Notes: generated from the sequence alone by a model not told the origin. Numbered from the whole stretch's first letter, positions 48,091 through 61,104 are shown. The stretch is 63,973 nt of DNA, filler included, from Olpidium bornovanus S191 (GCA_017911155.1; 23 parts of 23 records of this genome joined end to end with filler, not necessarily neighbours in it); one strand, 5' to 3'. Translations and numbers: made by a program.

Positions 48091-49703
48091 CATGCTGGGG
48101 GAGGCGCCAGCATCGCGTTTCTTTTTTTCGACAACGGCAGCTTGTCCGTATAATCCTGAGATTGAAGCGGCCGAAAGGGAAAGTCGGAGGGGCGTTGGGA
48201 GATGGGCTGGTGATGAAACCACGGCTAATTGTACGCGAGACGGAGGCTATAGAGACGCGGGAGCGCACCTTAAAGGCTTGCGTCTCTTCGACGTCAAGGA
48301 TTTCGGGCTTCGACTGCAAATCAAAAAGAAACTCGGAATTGGAGAGAGGGCGGGATCTCACCTGAGAAGTCCGCGCAGACCGGAAAGTAAGGTCATCGGC
48401 CCGACAGCGTTTTCTGGACGTTCCGGTGACAGTAAGCCCGAATAAACGGCGTTCAACGGCTGGACTCACCAGTCTTAGCCTCCTCTTGCTGATGATACGT
48501 TCGCACGCTCTGAAAATTCCGGCCGTGGTGATGCCCTCGGAGTACCGGGCGAGCAAGCTGGTGTGCACGTTCCTCAGCGACTGCGGGTGAGGGAGGTTCC
48601 GGAGAATTCCCACGCCCCAGAGCATTTGGCGGGCAGCGTAGTCTGGCTTGGGCACGCAGATCATCTTGTCGAAACAAGGCACCATGGCCTTGAGGTCGGC
48701 GTCCCAGGGCTTGTCCGAAGTCCCAACGAGGAGAACCCGATCCGAAGGTTTGATGCCCTTCACCGCCTTTAGAAGGTCTTTCCTGATTCTCTTTGGGTCT
48801 GTGGTGTCGTCCTTTGGCACCTTTTTTGCAAATACCATCTCCGCGTTTCCCAGGAAGATCACCGACGGCGCTTTCAGTTTGGCAACTTTGAACACCATGT
48901 GGATCATCTTCGTCACGTTCGCCTTTCCCTTATATTCGTTTGCCGTGTTCGAAGGCGAGATGTTGAACAGGTTCGCGCCGGCCTCGGTCGCGATCGCCTT
49001 CACCAGCATCGTTTTCCCGCAGCCCTGCGGCCCGTACAGCAAGACAGAAGCGACCCTTGGCGCGGTCTCAGTGATCCCTTCAAACCCAAGCGGCAATATG
49101 CAGTATTCAACCATGGTCTACGTTTTTATTCGAAACTCGGTCAGCTGTTTTAGCGTGCAGACAATTTCTGTTCAAGAGACGAAAGCTCACGCGCTTCAGA
49201 TCTTGGTAGGACGGCAAATCGCCGTTTCCGGTGTCATCTCGGGCCAAGAACGAGCGCAGAGGTGTTGCCTCAAACTTCGAATGCGCGGCAAATTGGGAGC
49301 CCAGTGAGCGCAGTTATACTGCCGGCCGGGCGCGTGTCGTTTACCTCCCCTCCCCCTACCCTCTGAGCCAATCCCGTCTGAATTAGTTCTTCGAAGAGAG
49401 ATTCTGTCGTTCTTCCGGCAGTAAGATCTTTCTCTTTCTTTCCTTTGCCTTTCCCCTTGTCTTTTTTCCCCTTTTTTTCCTTCTTGCCTATCAGAACGAA
49501 ATGTTTATAAAAATATTGCTGAAACGTGATTGGCAAGTCGCTACAGATTTTTTTGTTTTTATTTTTTTATTTTTGTTGTGGGAGGGGTGGATCCGCGCGA
49601 CATATTGACCACTGTACCTTTCTTTCCCTTGCCTTTCTTTTTTCCTTTACCCTTCTCAAGAGAAGCCTGTAAGGACTTCAGCTCGTCCTTGAGAACTTCC
49701 ATG
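48091..49703 (-). CDS. IQCA1: IQ and AAA domain protein IQCA1 / nexin-dynein regulatory complex DRC11, C-terminal fragment
   Basis: Lys-rich KKEKKGKKDK...KDLTAGRTTESLFEELI; EYCILPLG; LLYGPQGCGKTMLVKAIATEAGANLFNISP; VFKVAKLKAPSVIFLGNAE; RIRKDL..AVKGIKPSDRVLLVGTSDKPW. Confidence 0.88.
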
Positions 49704-49977
49704 NNNNNNNNNNNNNNNNNNNNNNNNNNNNNNNNNNNNNNNNNNNNTTAATTAATTAANNNNNNNNNNNNNNNNNNNNNNNNNNNNNNNNNNNNNNNNN
49801 NNNAACACAAACAATCAAAAGTCCCCTCGCTTCCTCCCCCCCCCCCCCCCCCCCCCCCACCCCCCCCCCCCCCCCCACCCCCCCCACCCACCCCCCCCCC
49901 CCCGCCCCTCCCCCCCCCCCCCCCCCGGTTTTTTTTCCCCCCCCCCCCCCCCCCCCAAAAAAAAACAAAAAAAAAAA

Positions 49978-50009
<32 letters not shown>

Positions 50010-50129
50010 ACCCCCCCCTCTTACTCCCCTTCCCCAAGGCGCCCCCCAATTTTGCGACGACCACGCGCGACGGCCCGAGAACCGAATTGTCTCCAGGTTG
50101 ACGAGAACGCTCCGTTCGCCACCGCCACC

Positions 50130-51223
50130 ATGTCTGCCCGTTCCAAGATTGCCAACCCCGCCGGCCAGCCGATCGACGAGGTTGAGACGACGGTCGCCCA
50201 GGCAATCTTCGACTTGGAGCAGAACGTGCCCGAGCTCAGGGCAGACCTGAGGCCCCTCCACCTCACCACCGCCAAGGAGGTACGGCGAGAAAATGGAGTC
50301 GGAGCGGGGGAAAGGAAAGAGGGAGATGTAGGGGCGTTCCGCGGTCAGACCCTTTGTTGGCCGACAGGCACAGCAAGGCGTGTCTGGGAAATAGACGGAA
50401 GATTTAGAAAGCACGGAAGCACGCCGAACCGCCTCGATATCCTCGGAGGCACGGATACGTCTTCTTGCTTCCGAATCGTGGAAGAACTTGCCATTCCGGC
50501 AGGACAGTGTTTGACGAGGCGCGGGACAGTGTTTGAAGAGGCGCTGGACAGTTTGACGACACACAGGACAGTGTTTGACGAGGCGCAGGACAGTGTGCTT
50601 AACTTTTCACGATAGCATTGGCCAAAACCAGTTGCGAAGCGAGCGCTAGTTTTCGGCGCCTGGCTGCGTGGTTGTTTGATAGTTGAAACACCTTAAGAGA
50701 ACATTTCGGCGTTGCTCCGTCGTTTGCAGAAGTCACTGCTTGTTAGGTATCCTACCGCTGCACTAACATCGATCTCTTCGTCCATTTTCCTAGATTGAGC
50801 TTGGCGGCGGCAAGAAGGCCATTGTCATCTTCGTTCCTGTCCCTCAGCTCAAGCAATTTCACAAAGTCCAGATTCGGTAAGTGTCTGCAGTTGTGGAGCA
50901 ACTAGTGCGGCGAGCAAAAGCGGTGACCCGTTTTTAGCAAGGGTGGAGATGCTTGTCACTGCCCGCGATTTCCGCTATCCGCGTGGGAAAGCCAACGGCT
51001 CTGCCTTAATTTCCTACTTTTTATTGCTACCTGCAAGGCTGACCCGTGAGCTGGAAAAGAAGTTCTCCGACCGCCACGTCCTGTTGATTGCCCAACGTCG
51101 TATCATGCGCAAACCGACCCGGCGCTCCCGTGTCAAGCAGCAGCGCCCGCGCTCTCGGACGCTTACTGCCGTGCACGACGCGGTCCTCGAAGACCTCGTG
51201 TACCCAACTGAGATTGTCGGCAA
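50130..51223 (+). CDS. RPS7: 40S ribosomal protein S7 (eS7); exons 50130-50279, 50794-50876, 51038 to contig end
   Basis: MSARSKI...[22 protein letters not shown] / [28 protein letters not shown] / [14 protein letters not shown]...[28 protein letters not shown]. Confidence 0.97.
50502..50598. repeat. Minisatellite of about 22 bp x4.5 in RPS7 intron 1
   Basis: ggacagtgtttgacgaggcgcg / ggacagtgtttgaagaggcgct / ggacagtttgacgacacaca / ggacagtgtttgacgaggcgca / ggacagtgtg. Confidence 0.92.
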
Positions 51224-51421
51224 NNNNNNNNNNNNNNNNNNNNNNNNNNNNNNNNNNNNNNNNNNNNTTAATTAATTAANNNNNNNNNNNNNNNNNNNNN
51301 NNNNNNNNNNNNNNNNNNNNNNNAAAAAAAAAAAAAAAAAAACAGAAAAACAGAAAAAGCGAAAAAGAGAAGAAAAAACGGCGGGTTGGGTAAACCCCAG
51401 CGTCCTCCGGCTAGTAATCAC

Positions 51422-51814
51422 CATGAGCTCCTCAATGAATTCCACCTCGAACGATATGCGGAGGTCCGTGTACGTCAGGGCCACGGGTTCGTTTCTCGGG
51501 ATGTACCGCGAGAGGTACATGAACGATATGTCGTCTACGCCGCCTGCGGAACCAAAGTGGATGGTGGGAAGAGCATCAGCCGAGCGGGTCTCTCGCACTC
51601 CCTCGTACGGCTAAGAAGGAGGAAAGCGCGAACCCAGCGCGCCTTCTCTTTCGCCCTCCTCTTCGTCCTCTCGCCATCTCTTCTTCCTTCTCCCTCGCCC
51701 TCCTTTCCCCTCCCACCCCCCACCCCCACTTCCGGCGCCCTCCTTCCTCCCCCCACCGATCGAGCTGATCAGCTCGTACTGTGCGAAGCTGTTGGAGTAC
51801 TTCGCTTCGGCCAT
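51422..51814 (-). CDS. STE20-family kinase N-lobe, STRAD-like probable pseudokinase (first two exons)
   Basis: Exon 1 (51814-51757) MAEAKYSNSFAQYELISSIG spliced to exon 2 (from 51543) GVDDISFMYLSRYIPRNEPVALTYTDLRISFEVEFIEELM. This lines up with STRAD/OSR1 YEL...G...Y.P..E.V....NL; the VAIK lysine reads T. Confidence 0.55.
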
Positions 51815-52581
51815 TTGGCTGCGAGACGCTTGGCGGAAAGAGAAGAAAAGGAGGAGGAAGGGGGGGGGGGGGGGGGGTTGTGGGGGGCGGGGGGGGGGGG
51901 GGGGGGGGGGGGGGGCGGTTTCGGGGGTAAGGCGGAGTTTGAGGGTGGCGGCAGTGGTTGTCGTCGGCCTGGTTGTCGGCCTGGTTGTCGCGTACGTGTT
52001 GTTGTTGTTGTTCGGGGGAACACAGCGACAAAAAAAACTCTCTTCGCGTTTCCGGGGCGAGAAAAGGGGGGAAGAACGCGTTGGAAGAGGGGGAAAGGGG
52101 CGTTGGGGGCGAAAAGGATTTCGGAAAAAAAAAAAAAAAAAAAAAAAAAAAAGAAAAGAAAAGAGAAGAAAAGGCCGAAAATTATGCGCGGGGCGGGGGC
52201 GGAGGCGGGGGCGGGGGCGGGGGGGGGGGGGGGGGGGTGCGCGGTGGGGTAGGGCGCGCGTTTATTTCGGGCGGATTTCGTCCGCCGGCAGGGAGAGGGA
52301 GAGAGTGTGAGAGAGAGAGAGGAGGGGGGAGGGATAGACGGCGCGAGTGAGAGAGAGAGAGACGGGCGGGAGAGAGACGCGGCGGGAGACGGAGAGGAGA
52401 GGAATGAGAGAGAGAGAAAGAGAAGCGAGGGAGAAAGAGAGAGAACAGAGAGAGAGAGCAGAGAGAGAGAGAGCGCTTCGCGCCTCCTTCCTCCTGCCCT
52501 CCCCGCCCGTTCACCCCGTGCGCGCCTGCGTGCCTTTTGCGTTGGGGGGAAGAGCTCCCCGTTACGAAGAAAGTTACGAGG

Positions 52582-52619
<38 letters not shown>

Positions 52620-52636
52620 GGGCGGGGGGGGGGGGA

Positions 52637-52721
<85 letters not shown>

Positions 52722-53459
52722 GCACCCCCCCCCCCCCCCCCCCCCCCCGNNNNNNNNNNNNNNNNNNNNNNNNNNNNNNNNNNNNNNNNNNNNTTAATTA
52801 ATTAANNNNNNNNNNNNNNNNNNNNNNNNNNNNNNNNNNNNNNNNNNNNCATGACGTAAAACTACCGTCCACCCGCGTCGTCTGACGCATCCGGCGTGCG
52901 CAACGCCGGAGGCCCAGGCCGCCCCGGCCCATCCCGCGGCGCCGGGTGTTTCTCTCTGGTGCAAGGAGGAAGCCAGGCTTGTCGTTTGTCTCGACAAGAT
53001 CCTCCAGGTGCGCACTGCTCCCGCTGCGGCAACACGGGACGTTTGTAGACATCCCTGACCTCCTCACTAAACTCCTAGATGCGAAAACAAAGCTCTCTCA
53101 TATGAGGGTTGACCATGGGCCACGGTTTGTAGGTCCTCATTCTAGATCCCGATCCCTCGAGTTAGGAGTAATTTACATACATGCTGTAAAGAGCCCACAA
53201 CAGACAAACCTGAACCCTTGTCCTTGCGGACGCAGCTGACTTTAGACACGCGCCCCAACGCAGACGCGAACAACCAAAAACAAAGAAAGAAGCTTCGTCC
53301 ACCCCTTCGACTCCAAGACGCCATCCATCGTCCGCGTCGTTCTGTGTTGTATCAGACCCTGACCAATTCCTTATTCCAAACTATATAAATAATTAAATAG
53401 TATTTTTGAGTTTAAGTCCGCCGTAGCGCCCTGCCTAGGGTTCGATCGCAAGGACGGCG

Positions 53460-55123
53460 ATGGAACAAAGAGAAGGAGGACGGGGGGCCAACACCTCCGT
53501 GACTGCCGTGCCCTCAATACCGGCCGAGGCGGCAGCGCGCTTCGCGGAGCTGGACAGGCTGGCACTTGACATAGAAAGCCTGCTGGCGGGGCTAGACCAA
53601 AGCGTGCGCAATGGAGAAACAGGGCCGAAGGACCTGCAAGACAAAGGCGGCAGCGCAAGAGCGATGGCAAAGAACCTGGAAATGGGAATCGCGGTAAGAA
53701 GGGACGGAGGGAGGGGGGGGGAGGGAGGGAACGCGGGAGGCGGGAGGAAGAGGAAGCGTGCGGAAGCGGGGTGACGGCTTCCACGGCGACCACCAACAAG
53801 GCGTGGATTGAAGGGTCGCGTCATTGAAACTCTGACATCGTCGACGTTGCAGGACATGAAATTTATCGCGGACGAGCAGGATAAGGAGATCGATCGGGAC
53901 GCTATCTTGCGACGGCTGGGACGGCACGAGGAGCACCACAAACAGTACGGAAACTGGCGGAATTTTCTTCCGAACACGTTTCTCGCACTTTTGTGGTCCG
54001 CTCAGGCCCCCGTCGTTCGCCCCTCCGGTCAGGATACAGGTTGCAATCCGCAAGGCACTCCTGAATGCCAGGGCGTCGCAGCAGAGGAAGGCCAACGTTG
54101 ACAGGGAGCTGCTGCTGAGGGACTCCAAAGGGAGATTCGCGGCCGAGAGATTAAGAGAGCGGAAGAGCGCGTGAGCGTGCGGAATCGCGGTTGTTTTGCC
54201 GCGGCCGGCGGACGGAAACCCCCGAGGGCTGCGTATTGAAACTTCGGCAACCGGGGTCGGGGCGCACGACAACCGTGGACGCAAAATCAAAAAAAAAAAA
54301 AAAAAAAAAAAAAAAACTTCAGGATTAAGTCGGCGCCGGACGCGTCCCTGCAGACTGCCAAGGAGGTCACCGATTCGCTGCAGCGGACGGTGCGCCTCAT
54401 GGGCGAAGAAATTAACCGCTCCGCTTACGCGGCGAAGGTCCTAGGTAAACGCCGAGGCGCCTGGCCCGCAAGCAAAATTTCCGTTGGCGTGCTGTTACTC
54501 GTGCTCTGATCCGGCCCCCTCTCCTCCCTCGCTTTTTCCCCGAACGCGCGCCACTTCGGAGACGAGTCGTCGAAGGCGCTGCAGGAGACGCAATCGGAAT
54601 ATGCGAGCCTGAGCGGCGTACTGCGGTCGTCTACGACGCTGCTGACCCGGCTCGAGCAGCGCGACTGGATGGACCGCCTGCTCATCCTTTTCGGACTGCT
54701 GGTTTTTGTCTTGGTCGCGCTGTACATCATCAAGAAGCGGTTCTGGGTGAGTCTCGAGGGCGTTTGGGAATTGGGTACACCCATTTGCTTTTGCAGGCCA
54801 GTTGTAGGGGCGGGGGAGGGGGTATGAAAATGACGCGCTAGGATCACAACGGAGGAAGTCGCGGCTCGAGCAAAACAAACCAGGAACACCTCTCGTGTTG
54901 GTTTTTCTGCTGTGCCCCGGTCGGTCCCGAAAACGCCCGGCTGATTTACCCGTCGCGGGTTAACCGTTTGGTTTTTTTTTTGTTAAAAAAAAATTCCCCG
55001 GCACAGATACCGGGATTGGCGACAAGCTGGAACCTGCTGAGCTCCGTATGGCGTCTGCTTCCTTTCGACGACGGGTTCGACGAGGCGCGGAACGCGACGT
55101 TGTCGGAAAAGCCGTACGTCTGA
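53460..55123 (+). CDS. SEC20: ER SNARE Sec20/BNIP1
   Basis: EVTDSLQRTVRLMGEEINRSAYAAKVL/..ESSKALQETQSEYASLSGVLRSSTTLLTRLEQRDWMDRLLILFGLLVFVLVALYIIKKRFW; multi-exon, with a C-terminal transmembrane segment. Confidence 0.86.
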
Positions 55124-55485
55124 AGAATGCGACGCGCGGTCGAGCCTTAGATAGAGCGAAGGTGGCCGTCTAAATCGGTTCCCGGGCCGTCCGGAAAGGT
55201 TACCTGCGGGATGAGCGAGGGGGGGGGGGGGGCGGGGGCCGCGTGATGTTTTATACCTCCGCGACCATGGGCTCCAGGTGCTTAGGAGGCGGGCTTGCCG
55301 GCGGTCAGTCGGAGGCGGCCCGGCTTTTTTTCGCCCCCTGGTGCCGACGAGCGAAATCGGCGCGGCGCCCTGGGGGCCGAGCTCGNNNNNNNNNNNNNNN
55401 NNNNNNNNNNNNNNNNNNNNNNNNNNNNNTTAATTAATTAANNNNNNNNNNNNNNNNNNNNNNNNNNNNNNNNNNNNNNNNNNNN

Positions 55486-56782
55486 CATGTGGACGACGTC
55501 GTCAGGCCTGAGGCCGACCGCCTGCGAAGCCGGAATGTGCGACAAGTGCAGCGCCGTGTCGTGCGAAACGACGCTCACGACCAGTACGGCCTGTTGATCC
55601 TGACTGCTGCTGTGGACGCCGGTGTTTCCCCGGTGAGACGACGGCAGCAGCGGCGGCCCCAAAGCAATTGTCGTTTGGTGAAACGGAAGCAGTTGTTTCG
55701 GAGGTAGCGAGAGAATGTACTGGCCGAGGTAAGAAGGGCCAGCACGGTCGACGACGGACAGGACGACTTCTGGCCCTTTTTCACGAATCCCGTCCGAAGC
55801 GGGAACCTGCAAAATGAGGATTTCGCCGAAATAAGGAGTTCTATGGAACAACGAAGAAAACGGGGAGAAAGAGGGTGGGCATCCGGAACCGGGAATATCA
55901 GGCCATCGTTCGCTGCGACACAAAGATCCCGTCCGTTTCTGCCCGCCAAATCGCACCTGGACGGTTTAGCGAGAGTCGTCGAAGCTTCCGCAAGCATTCC
56001 GCTCCGCAGGTCCTCCAACGTTTTGACAGATACAAACACTTCGGGCGGTCTGTCGGGATTATCGCCAGAGGCCGCCGAGTACCTCGGCGAGACGTGGACC
56101 GAGTGCACGAGGAACTGGTACGAGCCGGACGGGATGGCACGCGCGGCCAGGACGCGTTCCGGTTCAGCTTAGAATCAAAGCCAGGAGGAAAAAAAAGGCA
56201 GAGACGAAAATGTGAGGATTTCGGGCACGGAAAAGTTTCAACGAGCACCACCCCCCCTTCCCGCCCCTCGCCTCCCCTTCTCCGCAGACCCGCCGCGGGT
56301 GCAACACACAAGGGTCCTCCTTACGTGAAGTCACGATAACCGCCGGCGGTCTTGCAAGCCGGTCAGACGGCTCCTTCGGAGATGCCGAGTCTCCCTGCGG
56401 ACCCTCCTCCCTGGTTCCGCGTTCACGGTCAGGGAGCGGCGCTGCCCCGCCGCTGACCTTCTCCGCTACCGCCGCCGCCGCCGCAGCGGCATGGTCCTGC
56501 GGCTTGACCACCAAAGGCATCAGAGGCATGGGAGGCGAAAAACGCTCCGTTATCTTTTTCCTTTTTTTGCGGTTTCACCGTGTCCCATCAACATACGGCC
56601 GTCGGCGCGGAAGCCGCGAAGGAGCCAGGCGCGGCTTCTGCTGGGCCGGCGTCGGTCGGCTGCGGCGGCAGGGCGCCTCTGGCCGGCAAGTTCTCCTGTC
56701 CCACCTGGCCGCCGACAAGCGGCGGCCCTTCGGCCGAGGGCACCTCGCGCGTGCGCCTGGGGCGGGTCAGCCTCTTGAACAT
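55486..56782 (-). CDS. C2-domain protein, CCDC33-like N-terminal part (3' end truncated)
   Basis: ATG at 56782. Later exons read PPEVFVSVKTLEDLRSGMLAEASTTLAKPSR and VVLSVVDRAGPSYLGQYILSLPPKQLLPFHQTTIAL, resembling the recalled CCDC33 C2 segments PYVVVKST... and V.L.VVDN....LL.Y.IP.K.L..FH.Y..EL. Confidence 0.5.
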
Positions 56783-57422
56783 GGCGATCGGGGGTTATGT
56801 CGTTCGGCAGGGCGGGGCCGGGGGTTTTTGCGCCGCGGGCTGTGGCGTTTGGGACACTTGTGAGGAGCTTGCTGTGGGCGGGGGAGTGAGAAAACGCGCG
56901 GTACAAAACCAAAAAAAAAAAAAAAAAAAAAAAAACGGAAAAAAAAATGCGCCTCCTGTCTTCGTCGTCATCACCATCACCTTCGGCGGACCTTGTGCAG
57001 CGCATGGCAGAGTAACGCCCGAGCTCACCGCCAGGCCGGACGGGGAACAATCCGTCTACGAAGCGTGTGCTGCGCGCTGGTTTCGCCTCCGAGCTGAAAC
57101 AAAAAGCGTCCCCTGGCTTTCTTTCTGACTGCCTGGCAGCGCCCGCGCCACTTGCGAGCGAGGTGCATTGCACCCACGAGGACGTTCCGTTAAACGGATG
57201 GTGGGGTAAGGAAACGAGAAACGTCCGTCCAAAAAAACCGAAAACCCACCCCTTCCCAACTCCCGCCATCCTCCGGGGACTTCCTTTTATTTCCGAACAC
57301 TTCATCACCGATGAAAAAAAGGGGGGTGCGGGGAGGACTTTCATAAGACAAGAAATAAATGATCAAGGATGAAGGGTGTGATAACGGCGCGCATGCGCGG
57401 CTGGATACCGATTCCAAGAAGG

Positions 57423-57501
<79 letters not shown>

Positions 57502-57587
57502 AGAGACAAAAAGAGAACCCCCAAAGGCTTCGCTGCGAAACCGGCTTGCTACAGAATCGTGCCGTCATTTGTGGACTGCGAGTGATT

Positions 57588-58454
<867 letters not shown>

Positions 58455-58559
58455 NNNNNNNNNNNNNNNNNNNNNNNNNNNNNNNNNNNNNNNNNNNNTT
58501 AATTAATTAANNNNNNNNNNNNNNNNNNNNNNNNNNNNNNNNNNNNNNNNNNNNCAATT

Positions 58560-58628
<69 letters not shown>

Positions 58629-58638
58629 CCCCGGAAAT

Positions 58639-58687
<49 letters not shown>

Positions 58688-59751
58688 CTCCCCCTGCCGC
58701 GGGAGCGTCACGAAACGGTACCCGAGCCCGGCAACCTTCTCTCGAGGGGGGGAGGGGGGACCTTTCGCGCGCATGTGCGCGTGCCGCGGGAAGCGGCAAA
58801 CGCGCCTTCCCATGCTCCGCGGCGGAGGTGATCTCTCGCTCGATCGACCGGCGCCTTCGACGCGGGCATTCCGCGCCGCGCTCCCCGGTGCGCTTTGCTC
58901 CGGCGGGCGGGCGGGGCGCGCGCGCGCGCGTTGGGCCCCGCCTGCAAGCAGGCGCGCAACTTGCACCTGAAAACCCCGGAGGCGCTCAAATCTCCCGCCC
59001 GTTCAAACAAAAAAATAATAATAATATGTTGTGAATAACTATGCTTTGACCTTGAATTTTACACTTCCATCTTCGACGACAAGGACCCTATTTATACCCG
59101 CTTCTGTAGAAGTAGCCTGCTGCAGACAGGCAACCATGCTGACGTCCATGGAGTTGTTTCAACCCCTTTTTACCTCCGTTCGCACGAGTTGCACCATGTG
59201 CAGAATCATGGAAAGTTCCGTTCCGATTGGAGGTTTGGAGTTTCAGGCGTCTAATCTACAACATAATGACAATAATAATAATCTGCGGTCGAATAACCCC
59301 GCCTGAAGGCGGAGGACCCCCTGGCGCCGTCTCTGAGAAGGGGAGCGAAAAAGTCGTCGTAGAGCGGATCGGGCAAGCAACACAGCGGATTCAAATATGC
59401 CCCGGTAAAAAAAAAAGAAAAAAAAAAAACGTCTCCGCCGGCTTTATTCTCCCCGGGCCGCCCGCTACTCAAACGACTGCCTGCTGCTGCCCGGGGACAA
59501 ACGTCTGCGTGCAGGCTACTTCGCGGCCCAACAGAAACGATTGCGCGGGGTGCGGATTGTGAGCCGGTGCGAACACAAAAAAAAAAAAAAAACAGAGGCG
59601 CCTTAGCCAGCGACCCGTAGGAAAACACAGGGAGCGAGAAGCACGCCCTTTCCCGTTTCGGATATCCTTCTTCGGGGGATGGAGATGCGTTTAGATGCCG
59701 GGCGTTGAGGTCTGGCCGCACCCGCGGCCGCGGCCGAAGCGCACCCGTCGT

Positions 59752-60100
59752 CTAATCCAGCCACATCAGCTCGTCTCCGTCGTCTTTGCCGCCGCCGCCG
59801 CCGCCGCCTTTGCTTCCCCCCGCGTCGGCGGACTTCGCGGAGCGGCGGTCGTCCTCCCCGCCGGCTGCCCAATCGTCCGGTCGCCCGCGCTTGTGTGTCG
59901 ACGCGGGAACCGGCGGGACCTGCTGTCGCGGCTGCCACTCGCCGAAGAGGTACGCGGCGACGTCTCGCTGGTAGTTGTACATGGCGGCGTGCCGGCGGCT
60001 GGCCGGGGACGCCGCCGAGAACGCGGCGGGGACGGCGTTGGCTGCCGCGCGGCGGAGGTACGCGGCGAGGAGCTTGCGGATCGCGGCGTCGTGAACGGAC
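59752..60100 (-). CDS. C-terminal fragment of an unidentified low-complexity protein
   Basis: The frame is open from the contig edge to ...MYNYQRDVAAYLFGEWQ...DELMWLD*, with coding-like GC3. Confidence 0.35.
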
Positions 60101-60289
60101 NNNNNNNNNNNNNNNNNNNNNNNNNNNNNNNNNNNNNNNNNNNNTTAATTAATTAANNNNNNNNNNNNNNNNNNNNNNNNNNNNNNNNNNNNNNNNNNNN
60201 AAAATGGGTATGGTCAAGCAGGCAATCTGATGCCTTGATATGAAATTGGCGATGAGAGTGACTGCTGGTTACTCATCCCGCGTTTGCGT

Positions 60290-61104
60290 AATGAAGGCCG
60301 CCGAGGCCGACGATTTCCATGACCCAACTGTTCTAGACAGCCTGGACGCCGAGGACAAGGCGCAACGGAAGCGGTCGCTCAGGCATCACGCGCTCCGCGT
60401 GGTGGCGCAGGCAGACCGCCGTGCAACCAAGGGTTCCGAGATCTCCGGAGACAGCGACCTCCCGCGCAAGGTCCGGCAGCGGAGACAGGAAGCCAGAGGC
60501 GTACCCCAACCGGCCGCCGGCGTGGCGGAACTGGACGACGAGGATCCGAAGGATGATTCCGCACCCGACGCCGACAACATTCACGGAATGATCAATCCGG
60601 ACGAGGACGACGACGCGGGGAAGAAGTACTACGAGCACATCAAGGAGCAAAGCGCGAAGAAGCGGAGAAAGAAAGAAGAGGAAAAGGAAGCTGCTGCCGC
60701 GTGAGTTTCTCTTTTCTGGTTTTCTGTTTTGTTTTGCTTTTTTTGTTCGTTTTTTGTTTTGTTTCTTACTGACCCCTCGTTTGCGGGAACCCCCGGTTAC
60801 GCAATGTTTTTTTTTCATTGTCAGGGCCAGGCTCGTCCGCGTGGAGGAACCCGCGCTCGAAGCGGGTGCCAAGCGGGAGATCGGCTACAAAATCCTCAAG
60901 AATAAGGGCCTCACCCCGCACCGCAAGAAGGAGAACCGCAACCCCCGCGTGAAAAACAAGAACCGGTACGAGCGCAAGGTCAAGAAGCTGTCCAGCTTTG
61001 GCCGCCGCGGGCCGGCCGGGCAGGCCGGCGAAACCTCGGGGAGCTACGGGGGAGAGCGCACCGGTATCCGCACCGGCGTCGCCAGGAGCATCAAGTTGCA
61101 GTAA
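60290..61104 (+). CDS. SAS10: Sas10/Utp3 SSU processome protein, C-terminal part
   Basis: QRKRSLRHH...SGDSDLP; acidic region with YYEHIK; after the intron KREIGYKILKNKGLTPHRKKENRNPRVKNKNRYERK...YGGERTGIRTGVARSIKLQ*. Confidence 0.92.

Noticed and set aside
50502-50598. 22-bp repeats as a CRISPR-like array
   Set aside because: The units are head-to-tail with no unique spacers and sit inside a eukaryotic intron, so this is a minisatellite.
51769-52749. Poly-Gly/Pro/Lys/Phe ORFs from long G/C/A/T runs (also near 12080, 18400, 35730, 42880, 49830, 58560)
   Set aside because: They are translations of homopolymer tracts in introns and intergenic DNA, and the run lengths may be inflated by sequencing error.
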